A program made the position numbers and the translations under genes. Shown in pieces: positions 10,401 to 19,900 of a stretch of 64,000 bases of DNA. Numbering within the stretch: position 1 is the stretch's first letter; the number at the start of each line of letters is the position of its first letter. The notes beneath the pieces were generated by a model. It was not told the origin of the DNA. It made no database searches and worked only from the letters and a program-made list of their open reading frames with translations. This DNA is from a phage: the NCBI GenBank assembly GCA_033286805.1, contig GCA_033286805.1_4727.1. One strand, given 5' to 3'.

Positions 10401-11319
10401 CCCATCCGATGAGAGAACCACCACTGTTGGTATGATAACGGTTGTACCAGAAGTCACCGTTAACGCCAAAAAAGAATATACATTTCTCTTCGTTTTGTGG
10501 ACCGGAACTATTTCGTGATGAGTCGATATATTTGATTTCAATAAGACCGCTAAACACCACTCCTGGGATTATATTGTTGTCTCCAGCTGATTGTGATACT
10601 TGGTACATCCCCGGGGTTGCAGCTTTAACCCACGTTAAGAATTCTGTTACTCCAGCGTTACCGCTGAAACGCTTAACGTCGGTAAGTATCGCCCCATAAC
10701 CGAACATACCGGGTAAAGCAACTCGCCCATCGGTACGGTCACGAATATCTGTTGCAACAACAGGCAATTGTTTACGAACGGCATTAACCGCTTTAGGCGT
10801 GGCCGATTTTGTCTCGTCGTCGCTATCGGTTTCATTACTTAGAATAGTTAAACCGCGTGTAGTAGTAGTTGCATCAGGAAGAAATGCGTTATCCAACACC
10901 TTAAGCTGTACTGCACTCGTATTACTAACAACGACATGCACTTGACAGTTAAGAACGCTGGTTGCGCCTTCGGCAGGCGTAGGCTTATATCTTTCTGGTG
11001 CACTGCAGACGGCAATCAGAACACCTTGGTCGTCATACAGACCGATCTCACGTACCCAGAACCCACCTTGACCAGCAGGAATAATACCCTCAACGATAAT
11101 CCTAGTTGTGCTATCACCATCCGCATGGATATTAGAAACTTCCCCACGATAAACTTCGTGAACAAGCGCTGTTTGGCTGGCGGTAGGGGTTGGGATCGAG
11201 CCGTTACCATCACCAACGGCAAAGTGTGTGATTTTTAGTTTCTCACCGTCGGGAAGTAACGCAGCGGTGATACGTTCTGCTCCTTTATCGGTAACTACCG
11301 TTATATATGCTGTACTCAT
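7441..11319 (-). CDS. long tail fiber protein
   Basis: 1292 aa. N-terminal tail-fiber/collar-like domain (PTPTASQTALVHEVYRGE); eleven 39-aa tandem repeats; C-terminal polyglycine-rich region (GGGGGGGG ... GGGAGG). Confidence 0.75.
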   Translation of the reverse strand: MSTAYITVVTDKGAERITAALLPDGEKLKITHFAVGDGNGSIPTPTASQTALVHEVYRGEVSNIHADGDSTTRIIVEGIIPAGQGGFWVREIGLYDDQGVLIAVCSAPERYKPTPAEGATSVLNCQVHVVVSNTSAVQLKVLDNAFLPDATTTTRGLTILSNETDSDDETKSATPKAVNAVRKQLPVVATDIRDRTDGRVALPGMFGYGAILTDVKRFSGNAGVTEFLTWVKAATPGMYQVSQSAGDNNIIPGVVFSGLIEIKYIDSSRNSSGPQNEEKCIFFFGVNGDFWYNRYHTNSGGSLIGWENLKVDVEALKRLIALKADLNSPVFTGTPAAPTAAVNNSSRQIANTEFVMRAITALIDSSPATLNTLNKLARAIGSDPNFATTVTNALAGKQPLNALLTAFSGLATSADKLPYFTGVNKVALTVITSTARTLLQQSSIESMQTTLGLSATQFQRFRGQLPTDANLNTYGPVEASVGIWSKPVSTNADVAHNFPEANAAGYIEVLPTGQFGGTQRYTVCTGNIYVRSLTASWNGQDGPWGEWLKVGNAAATAAKLATARTIGGVSFDGSANIDLPGVNKAGTQNTSGNAASATKLQTARRIGGVAFDGTADIALPGVNATGNQNTTGNAATATKLKTAVTIGGVSFDGSASISLPGVDAAGNQDTSGNAGSATKLETARTIGGVSFDGTANIDLPGVNKAGTQNTSGNAATATKLQTARKIGGVAFDGTTDIALPGVNAAGNQNTTGNAATATKLKTPITIGGVSFDGSASINLPGVNAAGNQSTSGNAGSATKLQTARTIGGVSFDGTANIDLPGVNKAGNQSTSGNAATATKLQTARKINGVAFDGTKDISFSITALASKGRVTALANTAQGSNAGIQMYEAYNNGYPTAYGNVIHLKGASSVGEGEILIGWSGTSGAYAPAYLRSRRDAADSNWSEWAQIYTSKDSIPGVNTTGNQNTTGNAATATRLQTARTIGGVSFNGTANINLPGVNTTGNQDTTGNAATATKLKTARTIGGVSFDGSANINLPGVNAAGNQNTSGNAATATKLQTARTINGKPFDGTANITLAAKDLGLADSSGYVGRLLNMRVFTSSGTYTPTQGTKRIRVTITGGGGGGGGCQAYSNSETFFGAGGGAGGTVISVITVTAASYSVVIGSGGSGGSGATSGNGGGDSKFASLLTAPGGQGAGKTTVTNTGGGYGGVPTTGDIRIPGGDGNDGQAGTLAVGGCGGASYWGGGGRAGVGTAHNGLAPGSGGGGAYDNSYSGTAKPGGRGANGICIIEEFM
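8095..8454 (-). repeat. second block of the same 117-bp coding repeat, ~3 copies
   Basis: Fiber residues ~956-1075 repeat the same 39-aa unit after an intervening non-repeat domain. Confidence 0.6.
8740..9663 (-). repeat. in-frame tandem coding repeats, ~8 x 117 bp, inside the tail fiber gene
   Basis: Repeated unit encodes IGGVSFDGSANIDLPGVNKAGTQNTSGNAATATKLQTAR. The same periodicity produces spurious antisense ORFs at 9080..9736. Confidence 0.7.
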
Positions 11320-11325
11320 GGTGTT

Positions 11326-11853
11326 TTATCCTGGATAAATAGTGATGATATCACCAATGACGGTTGTGGCACCGGCGTAAAGATGAGCCGGAGATACATC
11401 ATGTTGGTTTGTCACAGTAAGATCCAATCGACCACGCCAAACCATGGAGGTATTCGCGATGGGGATAGAAATCTTTTTGGATATATCGTCACGAAAATCA
11501 ATAACAGTGGCAAGGGTAACCGCATCAAAATCAACATCGGGATCAAAGACGAACCCGTATTGATCTGAAATCGCCCGAATAATGGCATGTATAGTTGTTG
11601 TCTCAACAGACTCTAAAACGATTTTTACCGGTATTCCTAAAAATGCCTTCGCGATATCGCGTCGGGCGTAAACGATAAAGCATTCACCGCACCACTTTGT
11701 TCCTTCATTTGCTGTGACGATCACTTTTGCCCTGTTAGCACCAGAACTCCCATCCAAGGTTAATGTAAGATCGGAGTTGCTGAACACGCTACCGTTACGT
11801 TGGTTTATCAACGTAATCAGTTCGTCTTTCCATGGTGGGTAAAGTGAACGCAT
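11326..11853 (-). CDS. short paralog carrying only the shared N-terminal fiber/spike module (paralog B)
   Basis: Start set at MRSLYPPWKDEL (ATG verified at 11851-11853) by alignment with the other three paralogs; contains ARRDIAKAFLGIPVKI ... SDQYGFVFD. Confidence 0.5.
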   Translation of the reverse strand: MRSLYPPWKDELITLINQRNGSVFSNSDLTLTLDGSSGANRAKVIVTANEGTKWCGECFIVYARRDIAKAFLGIPVKIVLESVETTTIHAIIRAISDQYGFVFDPDVDFDAVTLATVIDFRDDISKKISIPIANTSMVWRGRLDLTVTNQHDVSPAHLYAGATTVIGDIITIYPG

Positions 11854-11966
11854 AAGCGCACCCTCCTCCAACAATCAAATTAAGATATATAACTCCTCGA
11901 AACCAAAGTGCGATTCGAGGTAAGCGTAAACAGTCCAGACGACCGCATAAAATTCCGCGCATATTA

Positions 11967-11998
11967 CCCCTCTACCCCGACAAAGCGAGATAGAGGGG
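11967..11998. terminator. GC-rich stem-loop
   Basis: CCCCTCTA / TAGAGGGG inverted repeat in the intergenic region downstream of gene 12059..15655. Confidence 0.4.
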
Positions 11999-12036
11999 AG
12001 GTTAATACGATTATGCTATTGCACTCCAAAGTTCAT

Positions 12037-12053
12037 GGGGCGGTAACCGCCCC
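12037..12053. terminator. short perfect palindrome hairpin
   Basis: GGGGCGG-TAA-CCGCCCC immediately after the stop of gene 12059..15655. Confidence 0.45.
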
Positions 12054-12058
12054 ATCGG

Positions 12059-15000
12059 TTAAATTGTCGGTTTTACATCACGTAATAAGGCAATATAATA
12101 GCCTAATCCTCGGAGGATCTCCCCACTCCAGAAACCAAAATACATTCCGTCTCTGCCGAGATTAGCGCTATCTGGTGCGGGACTCCACCCACCGTTCATT
12201 ACGTCATCAACGGTGTAGCGGTTGATGTAGTTCTCAACGATTTCGTTATACGCATTAACAGCAACAGAATAGCCTTTATCGTTGGGATGTCCGTACAACA
12301 TTGCTAACGACGCACCAGCCAACCATAATCCTGCCATGTGACCAGTAAAGTCATTAGGGATAAAAGCAGGGGGTTTATCCATCGGAAAATCCGTAGGAGA
12401 TTGATAGGCGTTTTCCTGTTGATACGTAAACAAGAAATCAATCCAATGACTGATGTAAGTGGTTAATTTCTCAGGGACGGCTAAACCACGATCAAGCAGT
12501 CCAGCATAAAGCCGCACCGCTGAAAAGAAAGCCCTCGGCTGATAACCAGACCATGCTGTCTGATCGCCGAAATGGTACATCGTAAAATCATTAACTTTTG
12601 ATCCGCTTGGCGCATCCCAACGATCCCACACGTACGCACTTGCCCCTGGCCCTAAAACCCCGAATTTCTGATAATACCACTGCTGCGAGTCATACCAGAA
12701 ATTCACAACATTCTGAATCATGAGGTCACGTCGTTCAGCCGATACGTCCATATCCAGGAAGACCCATGGATGTTGGTAGCCGGGATAAGGCTGACCACGC
12801 CAACTGTCGAACGTCGGTGCGTTAGGGATATAGTTGTTAGAGAACGGAATAATACCCGGAGTATAAGGCAATGGATCCAGACGTTGGTTGACAATCGTAC
12901 AATCGCCAACACGTAATGTTCCCTCCGCCTCAAAGGTTGCTTTTAACGTAAACAGCATGGTATATCCGTCATCCGTGGTGTAAGTTGACGGTGGATTGTT
13001 GATAGCGTAAAGCTTAAATACCCCTTCAGCGATATCGCTGTCATCAGGCAAGAACAGAATTTCAGTTGAGCCATCACCCCACACAGGTGCAGAAGGTTTA
13101 GGGTCAGTGTCAACATGGTTCGGTTGATACCCTGAGAGCGTCCACCCATTCGCCGAAAGCGTCAATGTATTTCTTGCTGTGGTGGCCGGTAGCATATACC
13201 ACCATCGCCAACCATTTGCATCTTCTACACGAACGTTGTAGTCAATCGACGCGAAATAACTGACCTGCCTTACGATCTGTTTTGCGGTTGGATTGAATTC
13301 AAATTGCCCGCCTGCCGCAGTAAGCTGCGCTTTTAGGAACAACCCATCCCAGGAATCTTCCACCGCTTCGCTGAATTCTGTTGTAATTGCGACATCGTCT
13401 TTCCAGCCGACTTTATCAGCCGATATCAACACAGAACCTGTAACAGCATCGCCGGTTGGCGTTGAAGCTTCATCAACCGCATCAGCAGGAATCAACGAGC
13501 CTATTTTGAAATCCCATTCTTTCGGCTCAGCACTGGAAGGTAATACCAGCTTGTATGTTTTGGCTTTCGCTTCGGTTTTGTCCAAAGAAAGCGATAATGA
13601 GATCTCAACCGGAATTGCAATACCTGCCGTATCCTTACCTCCGCAGGTTACACGAAGAATTGAATTACGATTGACACGGAACGGAATGGCCTGCTGTTCA
13701 AGATAAATTTGTGCTGAAGATGCTTGAATCACGATCCAGCCATCGGTATCACGTGTGATTGTGAACGGTGCTTTCGATGGGTACGTATACGTGTAAGCGA
13801 TACCGTCGGTGTCGTAACGATCGGTTCCTTTTACTTGACGGAAGAACTTATCGTTGGCGTCAATACGGGTATATTCTTCAATCGTAAACAAAGATGCCTT
13901 GTACGCTTTCTGATAACGCTCCTGCTGCGTTAAACGATATAAGGTGTAGGCTGCTTCACAAAACCATTGTTCGGCGTCTGACGCGTTTCCCATGTAGTCT
14001 CTGGTGACCGGCACCTGGATCGGTCGGTTATGCTGACACTCGTTCGTTTTGATGAGGTATCCGCCATATTCAACAGGAACACGCGGTGCCCATGCAACCA
14101 AGTAAGAACCGCTGACGGATTTATCTTTGAGTACGATGGTACCTACCTCATCGTCAGTACACGCTTCAAGATCGTCTCCGTCAGCACTTACGTAACGTTT
14201 TGTGCGTAACGCAACTTTCTCGATAGGGAACACCGTACCCTTTGTATCCCAGTCAATCGTCCCATCATCATTGGTTTTGAACACATCGGCGTTCAAATTC
14301 TGCCAGCCGAGTTTACCCTCATAGACCTGAACAACAAGATCCATGTATTCCCCGAACGTTGGTGCCCCATGTGTTATTTTTCCAATACCGTTGGTGAATG
14401 TAACCGCTGTGTCATGGAAACCGCCATGTGTTGGGTAATCGTCTTTTGCAAGAGGATAATGGGCCAACACAGGTTGTTTACCATTAACAATCCAGTTAGC
14501 GATCCAGCGTGTCGGTGTATCCGGTGGTTCAAGGCCTGCATAGAACGCTTTTATATACGCATCGAACGATGTCTCTGCTAATGTGAGATAATGCGCTTTA
14601 AGCTTGGTGTCATCCGTTGTATGACTGAATATACCCGCACCCAGAATTAACAACGACTGTCCTTCTGTTGTTGCGTCACCATCCGGTTGTGCTTCTTGTC
14701 GTGTTGCTGCAATGAAATGACGGTTGTTTACCATGACCCCGCTTTCATTTAACACGTAATGATCGGTTTCTGGGTCGGTAAACGTTCCTGTGTTTCGGGT
14801 TAAGAATCTTGCATGGCCATAACCAACGAAATTAACCGGCGACGCTGTAATCACCCATTTACCGATAAGTTGAGCAACATCATTATAACGCTCGGATGCG
14901 GTGATTTGTTTCACGTACCAGTCTTTATGGTTAAATGTCCAAAGCAGGAAGTAATAAGTTGTATCGATTTCCATCACTGGGAACGTCGGCGTTAACGGCT

Positions 15001-15655
15001 CCAGCATTAAGTAGTTGCTCCAGTCAATCTGTCCGCCAACAACCGATGGGGTAATCTCTAATAACTGACACCATTCATAACGGTCCGGTACACTACTGTA
15101 CGTTGTTGGTAAAGGTAACTTGTATACGCCAGTACGATTCAGATCGAACGCTTTTCTAGCCGATCCTAAATCAACATAAATACTCGACGATGTGCTTGCA
15201 TCAGATGCCTCCAAAGCACCTAACGTTGACCGATACATTGAGATGAACAACGTATCTTTCCAGTAAGGGTTATCCTTGATTGGTTCTAAAGCGATTTGTG
15301 CGGAGATGCTGTTCTGTGTCCCTAACTGGTATGTTGCATTTAAAGATTCTTCTGTGAAATAACTTTCTGCAATCGTCAGATGGAACTGCTCGTTCAATAA
15401 CGCGAGTGCGGCGCGGCCAGTAACATCCTCGTTACCGGTTTCTTTTTTCACGATCGCGCCGAACGGAAACAGTGTCGCGAATGACCGTTTTGGTTTATTA
15501 ACCGTAACCGTCCCTGTGTAATTTCCAACACCGTCAAGTTTTTGACTATCGCCAACAGCAGTGACTGCGATACCATCAGCCGGGATATTTGTTTTATTTA
15601 GCACATTGAGTTGGTCAACCAGATCCTGCTTATCGTCAGGTAAGAATGTCGCCAT
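12059..15655 (-). CDS. large hypothetical protein, probably structural
   Basis: 1198-aa ORF between fiber/spike paralogs; no catalytic motif recognised. Structural role inferred from context only. Confidence 0.55.
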   Translation of the reverse strand: MATFLPDDKQDLVDQLNVLNKTNIPADGIAVTAVGDSQKLDGVGNYTGTVTVNKPKRSFATLFPFGAIVKKETGNEDVTGRAALALLNEQFHLTIAESYFTEESLNATYQLGTQNSISAQIALEPIKDNPYWKDTLFISMYRSTLGALEASDASTSSSIYVDLGSARKAFDLNRTGVYKLPLPTTYSSVPDRYEWCQLLEITPSVVGGQIDWSNYLMLEPLTPTFPVMEIDTTYYFLLWTFNHKDWYVKQITASERYNDVAQLIGKWVITASPVNFVGYGHARFLTRNTGTFTDPETDHYVLNESGVMVNNRHFIAATRQEAQPDGDATTEGQSLLILGAGIFSHTTDDTKLKAHYLTLAETSFDAYIKAFYAGLEPPDTPTRWIANWIVNGKQPVLAHYPLAKDDYPTHGGFHDTAVTFTNGIGKITHGAPTFGEYMDLVVQVYEGKLGWQNLNADVFKTNDDGTIDWDTKGTVFPIEKVALRTKRYVSADGDDLEACTDDEVGTIVLKDKSVSGSYLVAWAPRVPVEYGGYLIKTNECQHNRPIQVPVTRDYMGNASDAEQWFCEAAYTLYRLTQQERYQKAYKASLFTIEEYTRIDANDKFFRQVKGTDRYDTDGIAYTYTYPSKAPFTITRDTDGWIVIQASSAQIYLEQQAIPFRVNRNSILRVTCGGKDTAGIAIPVEISLSLSLDKTEAKAKTYKLVLPSSAEPKEWDFKIGSLIPADAVDEASTPTGDAVTGSVLISADKVGWKDDVAITTEFSEAVEDSWDGLFLKAQLTAAGGQFEFNPTAKQIVRQVSYFASIDYNVRVEDANGWRWWYMLPATTARNTLTLSANGWTLSGYQPNHVDTDPKPSAPVWGDGSTEILFLPDDSDIAEGVFKLYAINNPPSTYTTDDGYTMLFTLKATFEAEGTLRVGDCTIVNQRLDPLPYTPGIIPFSNNYIPNAPTFDSWRGQPYPGYQHPWVFLDMDVSAERRDLMIQNVVNFWYDSQQWYYQKFGVLGPGASAYVWDRWDAPSGSKVNDFTMYHFGDQTAWSGYQPRAFFSAVRLYAGLLDRGLAVPEKLTTYISHWIDFLFTYQQENAYQSPTDFPMDKPPAFIPNDFTGHMAGLWLAGASLAMLYGHPNDKGYSVAVNAYNEIVENYINRYTVDDVMNGGWSPAPDSANLGRDGMYFGFWSGEILRGLGYYIALLRDVKPTI

Positions 15656-15668
15656 TATTTACTCCACC

Positions 15669-16499
15669 TTAATCGTAACTAAAATAAAGTTTGCTGCTGA
15701 CGCCGCTATCGGAATGAGGTTTTAATACCAGAACAGAGCTTCCGAACGACGGAAGTATTGGAACATCTAAATCGTTCGCATCGGCAACTTTTCCATTATA
15801 AACGACATTGGCTGTTGTGATGAGTTCCCAAGCTAAGGTATAACTCATTGAAATCAGCGACGAGGCTAAACGGAATGCGTTGTATCCTTCTGGAGTATCT
15901 CCAACCGACATCGAACGTATCGCATCTTGCGGTGGTAAATTTAGCTTGATGCCGTAGGTGCTGAATGTGTGGAAATCCCCTTGTTTACTATCTTCTGGAT
16001 AATACGAGGTTAGCGGTTCTCGCACCGTAATCAGTTCGCTAATATCGGTACTTACATCTTTTCGTGCGAGGAATTGAAACGTACCGTGCCATGATGCCGA
16101 TGCGTCAGAACGAACGGGAACAGATATGGTTTTCTCGCCGCTTTCAAATTTAACCTGTGATGCTAACGCTGAAGAATCAAAGATCGTTAAATCGATCTTC
16201 AACCCATATTTCTTAAACAGCTGCGTTAAGCAGTCTGCTATCGTCGTCTTATCAGCAACGACAATAAAAGGTTGGTGTTTGATAAAGAGCTTATTAATGT
16301 CTCGACGTTGAAGATAAACCTGTACGGGGTCTTCGACGTAGTAAACCGATTGTGGTGCGGGGGCTATAGAAAGGCGTAACCGACCCGATGCACCATACCA
16401 GGCTGGCGTTAACGTAACGTCTGACAGGGACAACGGATGCTGGAGATAGGCGTTTATTTTAGATAACACTTCCTCCTGCCATGATGCTTCAGGATACAT
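15669..16499 (-). CDS. paralog with shared N-terminal fiber/spike module (paralog D)
   Basis: 276 aa; LQRRDINKLF ... FKKYGLKIDLTIFD ... ISVPVRSDASASWHG aligns with the module in 2980, 11326 and 52039. Confidence 0.5.
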   Translation of the reverse strand: MYPEASWQEEVLSKINAYLQHPLSLSDVTLTPAWYGASGRLRLSIAPAPQSVYYVEDPVQVYLQRRDINKLFIKHQPFIVVADKTTIADCLTQLFKKYGLKIDLTIFDSSALASQVKFESGEKTISVPVRSDASASWHGTFQFLARKDVSTDISELITVREPLTSYYPEDSKQGDFHTFSTYGIKLNLPPQDAIRSMSVGDTPEGYNAFRLASSLISMSYTLAWELITTANVVYNGKVADANDLDVPILPSFGSSVLVLKPHSDSGVSSKLYFSYD

Positions 16500-16556
16500 G
16501 CTGACCTCATAGATGATCGTTGATAGGAAAGAGACCTAATTCATACCATGGGAACC

Positions 16557-16614
16557 TCAAAAAAAAAAACGAAAAATAGGGAAACGGTGTTCATCCTTTT
16601 TAGGGATGAACACC
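16557..16614 (-). terminator. rho-independent terminator
   Basis: 12-bp stem CGGTGTTCATCC / GGATGAACACCG, followed on the minus strand by a long U tract (complement of the A run at 16557-16569); just downstream of gene 16636..17211. Confidence 0.7.
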
Positions 16615-16635
16615 GCGTACCGTTATATCGAACGA

Positions 16636-17211
16636 TTAGTAAGGAATCAGATCGTTAAGCTTTTCTTCTTCAACGACAAAGAAGTTGTTCTGGTCGTCTA
16701 AATCTGTTAACAGGACTTGTCCGACAGTAAAGCAGGTGCCGCCCTTCTTAGGTATCCATACCGGCTCATTCGTTACCTTATCGGGATACCATTTGAAACG
16801 ATTGGTATCCAAGAAGAACGCTGCTTTGTTCGCTTTATCGGTTGAACGATAGCTAACCAACGCAGGCCACTCAATCCAGGTGTTTGTGCATGGTACATGT
16901 AAAGGATACCATGCGCGCCAGCGTTTGCCTGGGTTGCTAGGATCAACCCAATACTCGGCAGTCAATACAGCATCTTTATAATGTTTCTGCATTAACATTT
17001 CGAGCACAAGCTCATTACCTTTTGATGCATCTAAAGTCACTTCCGTCATATAAAGAGATTTAGGTAACTCAGACTGTTTTGCGGGTGTTACAACACCGGT
17101 AACCAACGGTCTGCTCGGTTTACGTTTCTGTTCTTTCCGACGTGTGTAAAAGAATAGTCCGACAGATACAGCAACAAGTACAATAAACAACACTACCTTA
17201 ATCCAATTCAT
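16636..17211 (-). CDS. hypothetical membrane-anchored protein
   Basis: N-terminal hydrophobic helix MNWIKVVLFIVLVAVSVGLFFY then basic stretch; 191 aa. Confidence 0.5.
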   Translation of the reverse strand: MNWIKVVLFIVLVAVSVGLFFYTRRKEQKRKPSRPLVTGVVTPAKQSELPKSLYMTEVTLDASKGNELVLEMLMQKHYKDAVLTAEYWVDPSNPGKRWRAWYPLHVPCTNTWIEWPALVSYRSTDKANKAAFFLDTNRFKWYPDKVTNEPVWIPKKGGTCFTVGQVLLTDLDDQNNFFVVEEEKLNDLIPY

Positions 17212-17948
17212 TCGTCAATGTCTCCTTCTGCAAACAGGGTCAATTTGATTTCGGGATCATAGAACATGGTGATCACACCATCTCGCTCTGCTGAACGCTG
17301 TGCTGTCCATATTAACTGTTCATCCCGAATATCAAACTTATACCGTTCGTCGCTAACCACCGCTTCCGCATCGACATAGTGATAAATGCCACCTTCAGGA
17401 TTCTCAATCCAACCACGTACCATCAGACGGTCTTTCTGCTTACGTGTGAAGAATCTATACGGATCTTCGCAGGTTTGCCAAACGTCACCGCTCTCGCTTA
17501 CCAGTTCGTCATACACCTTCGAAAGCTCGTCAGGCACTGGAATCAAAATGTTATCCTGATAGCCTGACCAGAAACGACGTACGTCTTGTAATAGATCGTC
17601 GCTTTGTAGTTTAACCACATGCGTGTGATTCGCAAAATCAGTTTTTGATTCGCTGAACCAAAACGCTTTTTCGTTCCCTACAACGACATCGATTCGATCA
17701 TGTTGAACACAAACCCACCCATAAATCCATCCGTAACCATCAACGTTATATAACGTTGTTTGGTAACTGACAATATCGATATCATCAAACGATGCTAATA
17801 AAGCTTTAGCCGCTAGAAGCGGGGAGAAGTTTTTCGATTGCGATGCTTTACGGATGTCTTCTTTGATGAGTAATTTACCGTGAATTGGATGTTCAATAAC
17901 AAAACCACAGGAGAGCATGATGCTTCCTTGATAACGTGCTTCTTGCAT
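17208..17948 (-). CDS. hypothetical protein
   Basis: 246-aa ORF; 4-bp overlap with the downstream gene. Confidence 0.5.
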   Translation of the reverse strand: MQEARYQGSIMLSCGFVIEHPIHGKLLIKEDIRKASQSKNFSPLLAAKALLASFDDIDIVSYQTTLYNVDGYGWIYGWVCVQHDRIDVVVGNEKAFWFSESKTDFANHTHVVKLQSDDLLQDVRRFWSGYQDNILIPVPDELSKVYDELVSESGDVWQTCEDPYRFFTRKQKDRLMVRGWIENPEGGIYHYVDAEAVVSDERYKFDIRDEQLIWTAQRSAERDGVITMFYDPEIKLTLFAEGDIDE

Positions 17949-18122
17949 TTCTATTCCTCAAATAAAGATTGTCTTTTAACGCGACATGATTACAAGTACA
18001 CAGGTTACTGGATTTCTGTAAAAGTTAATTTTCGTAAACTAAAAGAAAATGTATCCGTGTTTCTTGGTTCTTCCCCTCCACAGCCTCAGGAAGAGAAGAA
18101 CCGTTTGCTAAGTTGTTATGTA

Positions 18123-18380
18123 TTAAAATGCATTGATTGGACTGCTCAACGCTTTATCGCGGATTTGAATCGCCGCCAGCATTGCTTTCTGGTACGAATC
18201 GTAAGCATCAACAGAAACCGTCATATCAACCAATTTCTCTAATACGGATTCAGCCGCTTTTACACGAACGCGGAACTTGGTGATTGCGTTATCTTTGTTA
18301 CGATAAACCGTGATGTGGTGCAGCGGTTGAACGTTAGTTTTATTGGTTTTAACGGATTTAGTTGCTTTGATCGTTTTCAT
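18123..18380 (-). CDS. hypothetical small basic protein
   Basis: 85-aa ORF; imperfect hairpin downstream (~18060-18110). Confidence 0.4.
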   Translation of the reverse strand: MKTIKATKSVKTNKTNVQPLHHITVYRNKDNAITKFRVRVKAAESVLEKLVDMTVSVDAYDSYQKAMLAAIQIRDKALSSPINAF

Positions 18381-18434
18381 GATGATTTCCTTCTTTATTA
18401 GGATGATTACATTTAGTCAGTTTAACAGCATAAA

Positions 18435-18459
18435 CCCTTCCCGCCTTACGCAGGAAGGG
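18435..18459 (-). terminator. stem-loop terminator
   Basis: CCCTTCC / GGAAGGG stem followed on the minus strand by UUUAUGCUGUU; downstream of gene 18474..18971. Confidence 0.5.
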
Positions 18460-18473
18460 CATACGGATTTGTT

Positions 18474-18971
18474 TTACGTGTGTCGTCGTTTACCAAAGAA
18501 AATGTGGCTGTCTACCACGGTGATATTGGTAGCATGTTTTCTGAAATGTTTAGGGCGAAGATGTTTCGCGTTAAAGAATACGGCTCCTCGTGTTGGGTCG
18601 GCTTTATGGTAAGCCGCAATGTCAGTATAACGTAATGTTGCGACCTCTCGTGCTATTGCTCTTGCTCGCTCAAAAGCAGCATGATCGCGTATGACAATAC
18701 GCCTTTGTTTTGTCCAGGGGAATTGACCTCTTTGCAGTACGACGTCTCTGACGTTCGTAGGGAATCGGTAGTCCATAGATCGATTATGTATTAAAAACGC
18801 CACGGAGTATTGCCCTTTTACAGATTCGCCTCTGGCTTCCATATACACCGCACATGCGACGATCTCTTTCCGGCAATCGATTCTAGGCCCTGCGTTCACT
18901 GATGCTTGACTGAACGGTGTAATAAGCAGCATAACAAGCCCTAAAATCAACGTGTGTAAAATACCTTGCAT
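18474..18971 (-). CDS. SleB-like cell wall hydrolase with signal peptide (candidate endolysin)
   Basis: N-terminal signal sequence MQGILHTLILGLVMLLITPFSQA; motif ACAVYMEARGESVKGQYSVAFLIHNR resembles the SleB/Hydrolase_2 family. Confidence 0.6.
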   Translation of the reverse strand: MQGILHTLILGLVMLLITPFSQASVNAGPRIDCRKEIVACAVYMEARGESVKGQYSVAFLIHNRSMDYRFPTNVRDVVLQRGQFPWTKQRRIVIRDHAAFERARAIAREVATLRYTDIAAYHKADPTRGAVFFNAKHLRPKHFRKHATNITVVDSHIFFGKRRHT

Positions 18972-19223
18972 CTTAATAACCTCACGATAAGGTGCTGTCC
19001 ACTGGCGTCTTGATAACGCATCCCGTCATCGGGTTGTTCTATTCAGCGGGCAGCAGGTTAGCGTCAGATGTTTGCCCGACATCCACGACAGAAATAAACG
19101 GTACTGAAAATACGGTCTCCTCTGGTTTGGCAATAAACATAACGTTGGATAACAGAACCCATTTCCCGCATCCAACGCGGTAAAGGTGTACATCGTTTGA
19201 ATTCATATAGTTTCTCAAAGATG

Positions 19224-19544
19224 TTAACCTCTACCGTCGAGCCATAGGTTGTATTTATCCCGAATGTACGGATCACGATAAATACGTCGATAGACTTGAT
19301 GCGGTATAAACTTGCAATGTACGAGTTCGTCGCTTAATTTATGCCGTCGCTCCATACCGTTGTGAATACGACGTATCTCCCGGATATTAAAGGTTGTTTT
19401 ATTCAAGAGAATAGACATAATGGCGGATCGATGATCCAGATTAAAGATCGCCATCACGCTTCGTATCTCGCGTAAAACAACTTCTCTATCGACAAGGATG
19501 CGATTAGTTAACTTAAGATTCTCCGTGATACCCATAACCTTCAT
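19224..19544 (-). CDS. hypothetical protein
   Basis: ORF 19224..19628; start probably at an internal Met because the upstream ORF overlaps. Confidence 0.3.
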   Translation of the reverse strand: MKVMGITENLKLTNRILVDREVVLREIRSVMAIFNLDHRSAIMSILLNKTTFNIREIRRIHNGMERRHKLSDELVHCKFIPHQVYRRIYRDPYIRDKYNLWLDGRG

Positions 19545-19884
19545 CCTCGACACGTCGACACATCGGTAAAAATAAACACCAGCTTGTTGCACTGAGGATC
19601 GCCGTTGCGATGATATTTGCGATATCACTCAATCGAGCATCGGCTTGCCACATAACAAGCATGAAAAGAACGTACGCGAACCCATACACGACAAACCGTC
19701 TGATGTTACGCGTCGACCACGTACAAATATACAAAAGGGGAAGCTGCCCTATAACACAAACGATGGTTCGGATAACGTAATAAACGCGTTCCGTCGTTGT
19801 TTCAAAATCGATATTCGTTGCAGAAATCCCAATCATTATAAAAGTGAAAATGAAATAGATTTTTGCGTATGTCTTTAAACTCAT
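19513..19884 (-). CDS. hypothetical membrane protein
   Basis: 123 aa with several hydrophobic segments (IYFIFTFIMIGISA; VYGFAYVLFMLVMW). Confidence 0.45.
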   Translation of the reverse strand: MSLKTYAKIYFIFTFIMIGISATNIDFETTTERVYYVIRTIVCVIGQLPLLYICTWSTRNIRRFVVYGFAYVLFMLVMWQADARLSDIANIIATAILSATSWCLFLPMCRRVEDEGYGYHGES

Positions 19885-19900
19885 GGCTTTTCCCGATCGT

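Noticed and set aside
16557-16569. Homopolymer runs (A13 at 16557, T10 near 23271, A11 at 53491) as possible slippery sites or integration scars
   Set aside because: All are intergenic and adjacent to hairpins, so they are most simply terminator U-tracts or spacers; no frameshift-compatible ORF pairs flank them.
19038-19205. Possible 55-aa minus-strand ORF (MNSNDVHLYRVGCGKW...) in the 250-bp gap after the hydrolase gene
   Set aside because: Weak ribosome-binding site and no recognisable features; left uncalled.
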